A DNA stretch of 64,000 nucleotides from Candidatus Versatilivorator sp. (GTDB lineage Bacteria; Acidobacteriota; Terriglobia; Versatilivoradales; Versatilivoraceae). A program made the position numbers and the translations under genes. Below are positions 30,189 to 40,693 of the stretch, in pieces. The notes beneath the pieces were generated by a model. That model saw only the letters and a list, made by a program, of their open reading frames with translations. It was not told the origin of the DNA and made no database searches. The stretch spans positions 662,723 through 726,722 of the forward strand of contig OZ242296.1 of assembly GCA_965207735.1 (NCBI GenBank), in the 5' to 3' direction. How positions within the stretch are numbered: the first letter of the stretch is position 1; every line of letters starts with the position of its first letter.

Positions 30189-31787
30189 CCAGGGGATTGC
30201 GGAAAAAGCGCGGTTGAGGCTCAGAAGACCTTCAGCCAACAGGCCGGAGGTCCAACCGAGCAGCCAGGCGGTCTGCGGGGACAGACCGGCCCAGGCCAGA
30301 TAGGAAAATCCCAAGGGTATGATCATGGCGACCAGGGGAATGACCAGCACATTGAGGAAGATCACGGGCAGCACCACCCGGTGGAAATAGACCGTTAGCG
30401 GAATCAGGAGCACCGCCTGAATGGCGATGGAAACCAGGAAAATATCCACAAGGCCCAAGGCGAGCTTGTAGGGCCAGGCAATCAGACCGAGGCGGATGGC
30501 CGGTCGAGTAATGCCCACAAACTCCCCCAATCTGGAGCCGCGGAGTCGCAAGCCAACCCGCCAGGCGGCCAGTCGGGGGGGGAAGTTGCGATCCAGATGG
30601 ACGGATTCCAAAGACCCGAGAGCCTCCTTGTAAGGCTGAGTGGTGCGGCGCAGCAGAGGAAGGCCCATCGCGGCGATCGCCAGCGCGGCCGAGAAGGAGA
30701 GCTGGAACCCCGAGTCGTGCAGCCATCCGGGATTTTTCAGGAGAATCCACCAGGCCGCCAGGCACAAAGAGTGAAGCAGGTTGCGGTCCCGGTCGAAATA
30801 GAGAGCCGTCAGGAACAGACAACCCATGACCGAGGCTCGTTCAATGGCAACCTGTCCCTCGGCCACCAGGTTGTAAAGGGCGATCGCTCCCATGGTCAAG
30901 GTCAGGACCAACCAGCGTGGAAGCCCCAGTCGTTTGAGCAAGGCAAAGACCATGGCAATCATCATCCCGACATGCAGTCCCGAAACCACCAGTACGTGGT
31001 AGAGTCCGTTCAGTCGAAAACGGGACTCGGTTTCCTCCCCAAGGTCGCTGTCGTCTCCGAGCAGGACGGCTTTCAGAACGGCCCTGGCCGGGTCGGATGC
31101 CGGAAGCGCATCCAGTGCACGAAAACAGCCTTGTCGCATGCGGTTGCCAAGAGCCTGCCAGGACCATTCCTCTTGCCGGGTGAGACAGGTCAGCAGGAGC
31201 GGATCCTTCAAATTTCCAGTCAGGAAGATGCCCCGAAGTTCCAGGTAGGACCGGTAGTCGAACTGCCCCGGATTGTTGAAATTCTCCGGTCTTCGAAGAT
31301 AGGCAAGGAACTCGACCCGGTCGCCCGCCTGCGGGGGTGGCGAAGAGTCCAGAGCAATGTCCGGCGAGTTGAGGTGAAGCCGGATCTTTCCACGGGTCTC
31401 AAAGCCTGCGAACCGGTTTGCCAGGTGGTGGACTTCCACCTCCAGTCGGATGCCGTGGCCCTTTCCTTCCGAAACTCGAGCGCAAATTCCCCTCACCCGA
31501 CAGGGAGCCGTCAGGTCAAGCGCATCGGATCGGACCAGGGTTCGAAGGTGGTTGGGATCGAACTGGAGTTGGTGGATGGATGTCCAGGCCAATCCCGACA
31601 GGCCAAAGGCCAGGAGCAGGACGATCCGGCAGCTCCAGTCTCTGTCCTTGACCCAGAGAATCCATGAGAGGCACAGCGCCAGAGCACCGGCAGCCCATAG
31701 GAATTCCGGGGAGCTGGTGACCTGGGCATGAGCGGCAACACCCAGGCAGAAAGCCACCGTCGGCAACAGAAGTGGAGTGTGCAACAT
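30189..31787 (-). pseudogene. comEC: comEC, N-terminal fragment (DUF4131 plus competence/ComEC channel domain)
   Basis: Multi-TM protein containing RFRLNGLYHVLVVSGLHVGMM, the ComEC competence-domain signature. The ORF-track C-terminus runs into the IS/intron. Confidence 0.7.
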
Positions 31788-31935
31788 CCCTGAGATTTGC
31801 CGGATCGTGCTGTCTGGGAGAGGGAGGACCCCGGGGGACAGCCGCGAGAGAATTTTGCTATGATCGGCTCAGGCACCGGCAGCCAATCCGGAGGCCCGGC
31901 CGCCCGATCGGTTCGGGTCCAACGAGGGAGGAGGG

Positions 31936-32355
31936 TCTATTTCACACCGAGTCACCAAGCACATCGATTTCTGCTACGGCCACCGCCTGCTCAACTACGA
32001 GGGAAAATGTCGCCATCTCCACGGCCACAACGGCAGAGTTGAAGTGGAGGTTGTCAGCCGGCATCTCGACCACCGCGGCATGGTGGTGGATTTTGGCGAC
32101 ATCAACCAGGTCATCAAGACCTGGATCGATGCCGAACTGGATCACAAGATGCTTCTGCATCGGGAGGATCCCCTGGTCGCCGTGCTTCGCGAGCATCGAC
32201 AACCCTGTTACCTGATGGACGCCAACCCCACTGCCGAGAACATCGCCAAGGTCATCTACGACTATGCGCATACCCAAGGACTGCAGGTGGCGGAAGTCAG
32301 GCTCTGGGAAACGCCCAATTCCTTCGCTTCCTATTTTCGACCGTCGACGCCTTGA
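31936..32355 (+). CDS. queD: 6-carboxy-5,6,7,8-tetrahydropterin synthase QueD
   Basis: ...HIDFCYGHRLLNYEGKCRHLHGHNGRVEVEVV...MVVDFGD has the Cys-His-His zinc ligands and catalytic motif. No in-frame ATG/GTG/TTG after the upstream TGA (31861), so the start coordinate is uncertain. Confidence 0.6.
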   Translation, partial: SISHRVTKHIDFCYGHRLLNYEGKCRHLHGHNGRVEVEVVSRHLDHRGMVVDFGDINQVIKTWIDAELDHKMLLHREDPLVAVLREHRQPCYLMDANPTAENIAKVIYDYAHTQGLQVAEVRLWETPNSFASYFRPSTP

Positions 32356-32417
32356 GGTTGGGGAACTGAACCAATAACACCTTGCCCTTGAATATTCAGT
32401 GACCCGGAGGGTGCGGG

Positions 32418-33710
32418 CTACGGCTGCAGGAGATCGATCTTCGGAAAGAGCACTCCGGAAAAGGCCAGCCAAGCTGCCAGCAGGGTGAGCGCAATGTTCA
32501 GCGTCTGACCGGACCAGTAGAGCAGCAACGGACGGCCCCCGGCCATCTGTCGCGTCAGTGCGCGAAAGTTGGAATCCAGACCGATACAAAGGAATGCCAG
32601 GCAGAACAGCCAGGTACGGATCGCCTTGGATGCCTGCAGGGACCGGTCGACCGGCTCGGATCCCAGCAAGGGTACCAGCACCAGCGAGACCACACAGGAG
32701 GCCGCGATGAAACCCAGGACGAACTTGGGAAACCGATTCCAGATTTCCATTGCTCCGGGTCGCGCTCCCTCATTGGGCTCCACGCGTGTGACCCAGTAGA
32801 GGGCGATCAAGAGGGCTACCAGGCCGATGGAAGCGTTTTGAATCATCTTGATCACCGCGGCCGTCTGCATGGCCTGATCGCCCAACATCTGTCCGGCGGC
32901 CACCACCGCGCCGGTGGAGTCGATGGTCCCACCCAGCCAGGCGCCGGCCACAATCCTGTCCAGGCCCATCCAGCGGCAGACCAGCGGCATGAATACCATC
33001 ATCAGAACGGTGAAGATCAATGTCATGGCCACGGCCAGGGTCAGCTCCTCTTTCTTGGCCTTGCTGGCTCCGGCCGCGGCAATGGCGGCGGAGACTCCAC
33101 AGACTGAAGTGGCCGCGGCGATGGTGACGGTGAAGGACGGCGCCAGTTTCAGTCGGCGGTAACCGAACCAGAACATGGAAATCAGGACGACGGGAGTCAC
33201 TCCCCAGGCTACGATGATCCCGTACCGGCCGAGAGCGAGGATGTTGCCGAAAACGATCTCGGCGCCCAGAATCACCAGCCCGGTCTTGATGAAGAGTTCC
33301 GAGCGCACCGCGGGTTTCAACCAGCCGGGAACTCCCAGCAGATTGCTCCAGGCCAGTCCGATCAGAAGCGCCCACAGGGCATAGCTCAGGCCGTAAGCCG
33401 CCAGGGTACGGTTCCCGGCGACCAGAAAACTGAGAAGGGCCAGGCAGAAGAGGATTGGGAAGCCGACCGCGAAACGGCTGGCTTGGCGGTGGATGGCCCC
33501 CACTGCCAGGAGACTCAATCCTCCAAGCCCAATCATCAAAAGGAGCAATGGCGCCGCCTGTGCCGAGGCCAGGACCTCACCGAGCGTCGACCACTTGGGG
33601 ATTTCGGGAACCCCCGAGACCACTCCCAGAAATACCGACCCCAACAGCAGGAATCCAATCCAGACGGCCCACCAGTCCTCAAGAGTAACCAGCTTTTTCC
33701 AGCTCCCCAT
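32418..33710 (-). CDS. YeiH/UPF0324-family membrane protein (putative sulfate exporter family)
   Basis: 430 aa, about 10-12 TM segments, family-typical Gly-rich helices. Confidence 0.6.
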   Translation of the reverse strand: MGSWKKLVTLEDWWAVWIGFLLLGSVFLGVVSGVPEIPKWSTLGEVLASAQAAPLLLLMIGLGGLSLLAVGAIHRQASRFAVGFPILFCLALLSFLVAGNRTLAAYGLSYALWALLIGLAWSNLLGVPGWLKPAVRSELFIKTGLVILGAEIVFGNILALGRYGIIVAWGVTPVVLISMFWFGYRRLKLAPSFTVTIAAATSVCGVSAAIAAAGASKAKKEELTLAVAMTLIFTVLMMVFMPLVCRWMGLDRIVAGAWLGGTIDSTGAVVAAGQMLGDQAMQTAAVIKMIQNASIGLVALLIALYWVTRVEPNEGARPGAMEIWNRFPKFVLGFIAASCVVSLVLVPLLGSEPVDRSLQASKAIRTWLFCLAFLCIGLDSNFRALTRQMAGGRPLLLYWSGQTLNIALTLLAAWLAFSGVLFPKIDLLQP

Positions 33711-33713
33711 GGG

Positions 33714-34514
33714 TTACTCCATCTTGGGTTTGGGTCCGTAGTGGTTGAAAGAGGGAATCAGCGGACCGGCGGTAATGCCGCCATCGACCGAAATCACCTG
33801 GCCGGTGATCCAATCGGTATCGGGACTGGCCAGAAACACTGCCGTTCTAGCGACGTCGTGGGGTGTCCCGAATCGGCCTAGCGGAGTGTATTGCATCCAG
33901 GCCTTGTAGAGCGCCGAGTCCGTGGCAGGCGGAGGGTCCTTGGGAACCGGGACGGCTCCCGGGGCAATGCAGTTGATCTGGATATTCCATTCGGACAGGT
34001 CAAAGGCTGCCCCTCGGGTAAAGTTGATGATGCCGGCCTTGGTGGCTTCGTAGAGCGATCCCTGATGCGTGCCGCCGAGGCCGTGGACGGAAGACATGGT
34101 CACGATCTTGCCGCGCCCCCGCGCGGCCATGAGCCGGGCTCCTTCTCTGACTGTCAGGTAGGTGCCGATCAGATTGGTCCGAATGACCCGCTCAAAATCG
34201 TCAAGGGTGGAATCGAGCAGTGGTCTGGAAACTCCGATCCCCGCGTTGGCCACCAGGATATCCACACGGCCGAAACGGTCCCGGGTGGCTTCGAACAAGC
34301 TCTTCACCTGGGCTTCGTCCGAGACGTCGGTGCTAACGACTTCGGCCCGGCGGCCCAGGGCGGTCACCTTGGACGCCGTCTTCTCCGCTTCCGCCCGGTC
34401 GCTACGATAGACCACCACGCAGTCTGCGCCCTCGGCGGCGAAAGCCTCGCAGATGCCGGTTCCCAGGCCGCCGGAGGCGCCGGTCACTACAGCCACCTTG
34501 TTCTTGAGTCGCAT
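33714..34514 (-). CDS. SDR-family oxidoreductase (FabG-like)
   Basis: TGASGGLG Rossmann motif, NAG and a YxxxK catalytic motif (YEATK). Confidence 0.8.
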   Translation of the reverse strand: MRLKNKVAVVTGASGGLGTGICEAFAAEGADCVVVYRSDRAEAEKTASKVTALGRRAEVVSTDVSDEAQVKSLFEATRDRFGRVDILVANAGIGVSRPLLDSTLDDFERVIRTNLIGTYLTVREGARLMAARGRGKIVTMSSVHGLGGTHQGSLYEATKAGIINFTRGAAFDLSEWNIQINCIAPGAVPVPKDPPPATDSALYKAWMQYTPLGRFGTPHDVARTAVFLASPDTDWITGQVISVDGGITAGPLIPSFNHYGPKPKME

Positions 34515-34529
34515 CCTGCCTCCTTAAAT

Positions 34530-35432
34530 TCAGGTCTGGCCGATCCAGGAAGCCTCCGCCACCTCTTTCCAGCGCTTGCGGATCGCCACGAATTGACGGG
34601 AGGGCAGGGGACCGGCTTCGAGCAGGGTGGCGTTTTGCCGCCACCGTCCCGGCGTCAGCGTTCCCACGATGGCCGTATGTACGCCCGGGGCGCTCAGGGT
34701 GAAGCGCAGCGCCGTCGAAATGGAAGTATCCAGGGAGTCTTTGATGAAGGGATAGTCCAGCCGCTGCAAGCGATCCCAGTAGGTATGGTGATAGGAATTC
34801 ACCGGCTTCCGTCCGATTCTCCAGGCCGCATTGGCCAGGGGCCGCTTGGCGATTACGCCGAGCGGTTGCTCGCGTGCCAGGGGAAGGGCCAGGTCCAGCG
34901 CTTCCTGATCGGCGATGCTGATGGAAGTCTGCAAGCAATCGAAGGCTCGGCATTGGGCGGCGAAATAGGCTGCCCGGCTGTCGCCGCTATAGCCGATGTA
35001 GCGGCAATAGCCGCGCTCCCGGGCTCGCTGCAAGGTCTCGATCACCGTTCCCTTGAGCAGTTCCTCTTCGGAACAACTGTGCAGCTGGATCAGATCCAGC
35101 CTGTCGGTCCGCAGTCGCCGCAGGCTGCGTTGGATACTGCGCAACAAGGAGTCCGGCCGCCAGTCTTCTTCCGGCATTCCGTCCGGATGGCCGCACTTGG
35201 TGAACAGGTAGAAATCCCGGCGGCGTCCCGAAACGGCCCGTCCGATAAGCTCCTCGCTGGCTCCGTAGCACTCGCCGGTGTCGATCAGATTCAATCCCTC
35301 GTCCAAAGCGGCATTGAGCAGGCGGGTCACCGTGCTCAAGGATGCCCCGGGACCTTCCAGGCCGATTTCGGCGCCCCCGAAACCGAGGATGCTGACCTCC
35401 ATGTCGGTATTGCCCAGTCGTCTGGTTTCCAT
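34530..35432 (-). CDS. Aldo/keto reductase
   Basis: LGFGGAEIG, IDTGECYG and SRLQTDRLDLIQLH are characteristic AKR motifs. Confidence 0.8.
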   Translation of the reverse strand: METRRLGNTDMEVSILGFGGAEIGLEGPGASLSTVTRLLNAALDEGLNLIDTGECYGASEELIGRAVSGRRRDFYLFTKCGHPDGMPEEDWRPDSLLRSIQRSLRRLRTDRLDLIQLHSCSEEELLKGTVIETLQRARERGYCRYIGYSGDSRAAYFAAQCRAFDCLQTSISIADQEALDLALPLAREQPLGVIAKRPLANAAWRIGRKPVNSYHHTYWDRLQRLDYPFIKDSLDTSISTALRFTLSAPGVHTAIVGTLTPGRWRQNATLLEAGPLPSRQFVAIRKRWKEVAEASWIGQT

Positions 35433-35538
35433 TTCCTCTCCTCATCCCGCCAAGGTTTGAATAGGCTATCACAAGGCCCGGAACCCTGAGGATCGGGAAT
35501 TCGGGGTCGTGTGTCCCGGAGAACTCCGTCAGGTCGAC

Positions 35539-37515
35539 TCAGCCGCTGAGCAAAAGCGTTTCTGCCAGCTCCAGCGATTCCGGGGTCCCGTAGAGCACCA
35601 GAACATCGTCTTGCTTCAACACCGTGTCGGCGGTCGGCTGACGCCCGACGATCCCTTGCCGGCGGATTGCGGTGATCAGAACTCCCGAATCGGGCAGGCG
35701 CAGTTCCGACAGCGAGCGATCCACCGCGGCGGCACCCTCCGGGAGGGTCACGGTCTGCAGTTGTTCCCGAAAGGCATGGGACTCGTCCAGCACTTGGGCG
35801 TCTTCCTTGCGGAAGATATTGCGGAGCATGGTATAGCGGTGGCCCCTGATGTTGGCCACTTTGTGCACAATTCGGGAGATGGGCACGTTCAGCAGAAGCA
35901 ATAGGTGGGAAGCCAGCATCAGCGCGGCTTCCAGGGACTCCGGGACGATTTCGGTGGCGCCGGCTTTCTGAAGGCTGTCCAGTTCCGTATCGTCACGTGT
36001 GCGAACCAGGACCGGGACCTCCGGACATCGCTCCTTTGCCGTCCTGACGATCTTGAGAGCGCCCAGGCTGTCGGGGACGCTGATTACCACAACGCTGGCA
36101 TTGACCAGGCCGACGCTCTCCAGGACATCCCGTTGAGAGGCATCGCCATAGTGAACGGGGTCGCCCGCTTGCCGGGCCACGCTCACTCGGTAGGGATCGA
36201 GATCCAGGGCAATGTACTCGAACCCCTCCTGCTCGAGGATGCGGGCCAGGTTCTGGCCCACCCTGCCGTAACCGCAGATAATGACGTGGCGCCGTTTGGC
36301 TACCGCCAGGGTGGCATCGCGTTGGAGGGCCAATCGATGGGGTTCGGAATCTTTTCCGGAAACAAGCCATTCGGCTATGGTCCGATTGTGACGGATCAAC
36401 AGGGGACTCAGGACCATGCTGATGACCACGCCCGCCAGCAGCGCCTGGGCGATGGCCGGGTCCAGCACCTTCTCCTGCAGTGCCAGCGCCAACAGCGCGA
36501 TGCCGAATTCGCCCCCTTGAGCCAGAACCAGTCCCGCCCGAAGCGACGCCTGCCAACTACCGAGGAAAAAACGGGATAACATCATTATAATCAGTCCTTT
36601 TACAAGTCCAAGAGCCAATACCAGCAAGCTCACCAAGGCAACTTGGTCGGCAAGAACTGAAAAATCCAGCAGGGTCCCGATGACGATGAAAAACAAGCCG
36701 AGCAGGACGTCCCGAAAGGGCCGAATGTCGGCTTCAACCTGGTGGCGATACTCGGTCTCGGACAGCATCAGGCCGGCAAGGAATCCTCCGACGGCAAGCG
36801 ACATCCCGACGGCATGCATGAACCATGCCGCTCCCAGTACAATCAACAACAGGGCCAGGGTGAAGAGCTCGGGGCTGCGCCGATGGGCGACTTCGTGGAA
36901 GAGAGGCCGCAGCAACCGGTGGCCCACCGCCAAGACGATGACCAGCGCCGCTATGGCTTCCACCAACGCCAACAGGATCTGGACGGATAATAATTGATCG
37001 CCCTGGGCAGCCAGGGAGATCAGGATGAGGAAGACGATGACCGCCATATCCTGGAACAGGAGAGTAGCTACCGCACAGCGGCCGTGGCTTTGATCCAGCT
37101 CCAGTTGCTCACGGAGTTGCTTGATCACGATCACGGTCGAGGACATGGCCACCGCGCCTCCCAGGATGACTGCCGAGGGCAGTGGGACCGCCGCCCAGGA
37201 GGCCGTCGCCGCGGCCACAAAGGATGTCACCAGAACCTGGGCTCCCCCCAGTCCGACCATTTGCCAGCGCATGGCGGCCAATCGGGGCAAGGAGAATTCG
37301 AGCCCCAGGGTAAAGAGCAGGAAAACGACCCCGAACTCCGCCAGAAAACTCGTTTCGCCAGTAGTGGAAAACAGTCCAAACGCCCGGGGACCCAGGAGCA
37401 TGCCCACCAGGATGTATCCCGGCGCCGGCGGAAGCTCCAGACGCCTGAACACCGTCACCACCAACACGGCCGACGCAAGCAGCAAAAGAATGTTCGCCAG
37501 GCTCAATTCATTCAT
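35539..37515 (-). CDS. CPA2-family monovalent cation:proton antiporter (KefB/KefC-like) with TrkA-N and TrkA-C domains
   Basis: 13-TM Na+/H+-exchanger domain, then a Rossmann TrkA-N (VIICGYGRVGQNLA) and a C-terminal TrkA-C. Confidence 0.8.
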   Translation of the reverse strand: MNELSLANILLLLASAVLVVTVFRRLELPPAPGYILVGMLLGPRAFGLFSTTGETSFLAEFGVVFLLFTLGLEFSLPRLAAMRWQMVGLGGAQVLVTSFVAAATASWAAVPLPSAVILGGAVAMSSTVIVIKQLREQLELDQSHGRCAVATLLFQDMAVIVFLILISLAAQGDQLLSVQILLALVEAIAALVIVLAVGHRLLRPLFHEVAHRRSPELFTLALLLIVLGAAWFMHAVGMSLAVGGFLAGLMLSETEYRHQVEADIRPFRDVLLGLFFIVIGTLLDFSVLADQVALVSLLVLALGLVKGLIIMMLSRFFLGSWQASLRAGLVLAQGGEFGIALLALALQEKVLDPAIAQALLAGVVISMVLSPLLIRHNRTIAEWLVSGKDSEPHRLALQRDATLAVAKRRHVIICGYGRVGQNLARILEQEGFEYIALDLDPYRVSVARQAGDPVHYGDASQRDVLESVGLVNASVVVISVPDSLGALKIVRTAKERCPEVPVLVRTRDDTELDSLQKAGATEIVPESLEAALMLASHLLLLLNVPISRIVHKVANIRGHRYTMLRNIFRKEDAQVLDESHAFREQLQTVTLPEGAAAVDRSLSELRLPDSGVLITAIRRQGIVGRQPTADTVLKQDDVLVLYGTPESLELAETLLLSG

Positions 37516-38335
37516 GGTTCAAGGCGGATTTCGAAATCTGCAGGCATGTGGTCTCGGAGCACAGCCTGGAGCGAGGCCTGCCGGATCCTAGGTCCGCCAA
37601 TCAACGAAGGGGAAAAAGACTCCCACCAAGGGGCACGTAGAAGCGCACAGGAAGACGAAGGGACTGATTGAGGGTTTGACTGTTGGAGGAGTCGGTGGGT
37701 TCAAAGGGACATGACTCGGCATGGCAGGACTCGATCGCCTGCAAAGAATCGCTGCAGCCGGGGGGCGGCCGTCACCAGACTCGATGGGGACAATTTCCTA
37801 ACGGTCCCGGAAACCTGTGGATCGAATGCGTCGAAACACCCAATAGGCGACCAACACCAGCCCTGCTGCCAGAACCCATTCGAAGTGAGCGTGAGGAATG
37901 TCATTGAGCGCGTGCGCCGTTAGAATCAGGGCCTTCATGGTTTGGTTTTCTCCGTTCTTCAAGTGAACCCGACCGAAAACCCATTATATATCGAGTTACA
38001 GTGGAAAGGGTTCATACCATTTTGGGTGGCTGTGAAAGACGCGCTTCAGAAAGAGTGGTCGTTTCCGGTCCTCCAGGCAGAACGGCCGATAAGATATCTT
38101 ATGTAAACTTTTATTAAAACGCGCAGACAGTGGGGTCAGCCGGGGAATTTTCGGGGAATCCGGGTTCCCTGCCGAGCGGGTCAGGTACCTCGCGAGAAGA
38201 TGCTGGAGATTAATCGACTTCGATAATGTATCCATCCACCCGGTGAGAAATGCGGGATAAAATGGAAATGGCTCGAGGTTGGTGGAATGCGCCAGCCGCT
38301 CCGATCAACGTTGAAACTGTTGCCAGGCGTTCGGA

Positions 38336-40678
38336 ATGAGAATTCTCCGACAGTCGATTTTTTTGGAAGTCGCCGGCTCCTTCGGTCTGGGTAGCCTGGT
38401 GTTCAGCGCTGTCCTGCTGACCAACGAAGTGTCTCGACGGCTAATGGAAACCCTGGTTCAGGAGAACATCACCCTGGAGGAGGCCGGTCTCCTCTTCCTC
38501 TGCATCCTGCCCAAGGTGCTCACCTTCTCCATTCCCATGTCGGCCTTGTTGGGCATTCTCATCTGTTTCGGACGCCTTTCGGCCGACAGTGAAATTACCG
38601 CCATGCGATCTTCCGGCATCGGTCTGAGGAACCTGGTGTGGCCGGTATTGGTCTTCTCGGCGGTAGTGGGCACGGTGGCCCTGTTGAATTCCAACCTGTG
38701 GTCTCCCAGGGCCAATCACCGCCTGATATCGATCAAGGATGATATTGCGCTCAAGTCGCTCAACACCGCCGTCCGTAGAGGTGTCTTCGAAGAGCGTTTT
38801 CCCGGTCGGGTGGTCTACATCATGGATACGGCCCCCGACCGGCGCTCCTGGAAGGGGATCTTCCTGGCCGAGGTCACCGAGGCCAATTGGCCCAAGGCTA
38901 CCTTTGCGCGCCAAGGTAGACTGATCAGCCACCTCGGCCGGCGTGAGCTGCAGCTCAACCTTCAGCAGGGTGCGACCTACGAGGTGGTGCCGGGAAAAGA
39001 AGGGACGGTGCGGGTCACTTCCTTTGACGACGCCACCGTTCCCCTCTACAAGGCGATGGGTGCCCCCGCGGAGGCTCCCAAGAACAAATCCATCCTGGAG
39101 ATGGACACGCTTGAGCTCTACGGCAAGGTTTTTTCCGAGGTTCCTGCCGGCAGCGACCTTGATCGCAGAAAGGGGGTCATTGAGCTCAATCGTCGACTGG
39201 CGCTGCCGCTGGCCGTCCTTGTGTTTTGCATTCTCGGGCTTCCGCTGGGCGTTGTCACCAGGAGGGGCGGCAAGTCCTTCGGGTTCGTCGTCAGCCTGGT
39301 CATCTTCCTGGTCTATTTCATTCTTTTTTCCCAGGGTCTGGCTTTTGCGGAAAGCGGCCATATCCCGGCCTTCCTGGGCCCCTGGTTGGCGAACCTGGTG
39401 TTTCTGGCGTTGGGATTGTTTCTCTTGCTGATCTCGGAGAGGCAGTTTTCCTGGGGTCGGCTGTTTCGCCCCCTGGTCAACGCGATCTGGGGCGCGACCC
39501 GGGGACTGCGCAAGGAAGCGGCCGGCGCCGACAATTCCGGCCGGAATCGGAGAAGCGGGGGGAGCGGTGTCTCCCACTTCCCTGCCGGATGGACGCTGGA
39601 CAAGTACATCCTCAGCGGATTCCTGAAAATCCTGGTTCTGGTGCTTGCCGCCTTCATCGTGCTCTTCGTGCTGTTTACCTTCTTTGAACTGCTCAGCGAC
39701 ATCGTCGAGCAAGGCACTTCCGGTTGGGTCGTGTTCGACTACTTCCTCTACCTGATTCCCCACATCCTGGTGCAGATGATTCCCTTCAGCGTCCTGGTAG
39801 CCGCGCTGGTGAGCTTCAGTCTCCTGACCCGGACCTCTCAGATCGTGGCCATGAAATCCTCGGGAATCAGCCTATACCGGCTGTCCTCTTCGGTTCTGCT
39901 GACTGCCTTCCTGTTGAGCGCCGGTTCCTTCATGCTGCAGGAATATGTCCTGCCATCCGCCAACCAGAAGCAGGACGACTTGCGGCGCGTCATCAAGGGA
40001 CGCAATCCTCAGACCATACGTCCCACCCTCAAGTGGATGATGGGCGAGCGGGACCGCATCTTCCACTACAATTTCTTCGATGATCAGCTCAACGTTTTCA
40101 ATCGGATTTCGGTGTTCGACTTCGATCCGCGGACCCTTGCGGTCACCCGGATGGTCTTTGCCGAGAAAGCCTGGTGGGACCCAACCCGCTCGGGATGGGT
40201 TTTCGAGGGGGGCTGGGCTCAGGGTTTCAGCCACGACCGGGCACAGCAGTCCCAGTTTTTAGCGATCGACCGTAAGCTGATCGGGTCCATTGAGGAGCGT
40301 CCCGACTACTTCAAGAAGGAAGTCCGTCAGTCATCCAAGATGAGTTATCGGGAATTGGGCCGCTACATCGACGACTTGAGCCGAAGCGGGTTCGACGTGG
40401 TGAGGCTGAAGGTTGCCTGGTACGGCAAGCTGTCCTTTCCGCTGGTGAGTCTGACCATGGCCATGATCGCCATTCCCTTTGCCTTTTCCACGGGCAAGCG
40501 GGGTTCGCTCTACGGCATTGGCCTCAGCATCGTGGTTGGAATCAGCTTCTGGGTCGTGCAGGGATTCTTCGAGCAGATCGGAAGCGCGGGCAAGCTGGAG
40601 CCGCTGCTGGCCGCCTGGGCCCCCAACCTGGTCTTCGGGGCCGGAGGCCTCTACCTGCTCTTCAACGTGCGGACGTAG
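38336..40678 (+). CDS. lptFG: Fused LptF-LptG lipopolysaccharide export permease (two YjgP/YjgQ domains in one 780-aa ORF)
   Basis: Two consecutive permease units each starting with the family motif (RQSIFLEVAGSFG... and LDKYILSGFLKILVLVLAAF...), each with a periplasmic beta-jellyroll insert. Confidence 0.7.
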   Translation: MRILRQSIFLEVAGSFGLGSLVFSAVLLTNEVSRRLMETLVQENITLEEAGLLFLCILPKVLTFSIPMSALLGILICFGRLSADSEITAMRSSGIGLRNLVWPVLVFSAVVGTVALLNSNLWSPRANHRLISIKDDIALKSLNTAVRRGVFEERFPGRVVYIMDTAPDRRSWKGIFLAEVTEANWPKATFARQGRLISHLGRRELQLNLQQGATYEVVPGKEGTVRVTSFDDATVPLYKAMGAPAEAPKNKSILEMDTLELYGKVFSEVPAGSDLDRRKGVIELNRRLALPLAVLVFCILGLPLGVVTRRGGKSFGFVVSLVIFLVYFILFSQGLAFAESGHIPAFLGPWLANLVFLALGLFLLLISERQFSWGRLFRPLVNAIWGATRGLRKEAAGADNSGRNRRSGGSGVSHFPAGWTLDKYILSGFLKILVLVLAAFIVLFVLFTFFELLSDIVEQGTSGWVVFDYFLYLIPHILVQMIPFSVLVAALVSFSLLTRTSQIVAMKSSGISLYRLSSSVLLTAFLLSAGSFMLQEYVLPSANQKQDDLRRVIKGRNPQTIRPTLKWMMGERDRIFHYNFFDDQLNVFNRISVFDFDPRTLAVTRMVFAEKAWWDPTRSGWVFEGGWAQGFSHDRAQQSQFLAIDRKLIGSIEERPDYFKKEVRQSSKMSYRELGRYIDDLSRSGFDVVRLKVAWYGKLSFPLVSLTMAMIAIPFAFSTGKRGSLYGIGLSIVVGISFWVVQGFFEQIGSAGKLEPLLAAWAPNLVFGAGGLYLLFNVRT

Positions 40679-40693
40679 GTGGGACACCAAGTA

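Noticed and set aside
37800-37940. 46-aa hydrophobic minus-strand ORF (MKALILTAHALNDIPHAHFEWVLAAGLVLVAYWVF...) downstream of the kefB-like gene
   Set aside because: Possibly a small membrane peptide, but it is too short and unsupported by any motif or RBS evidence to call.
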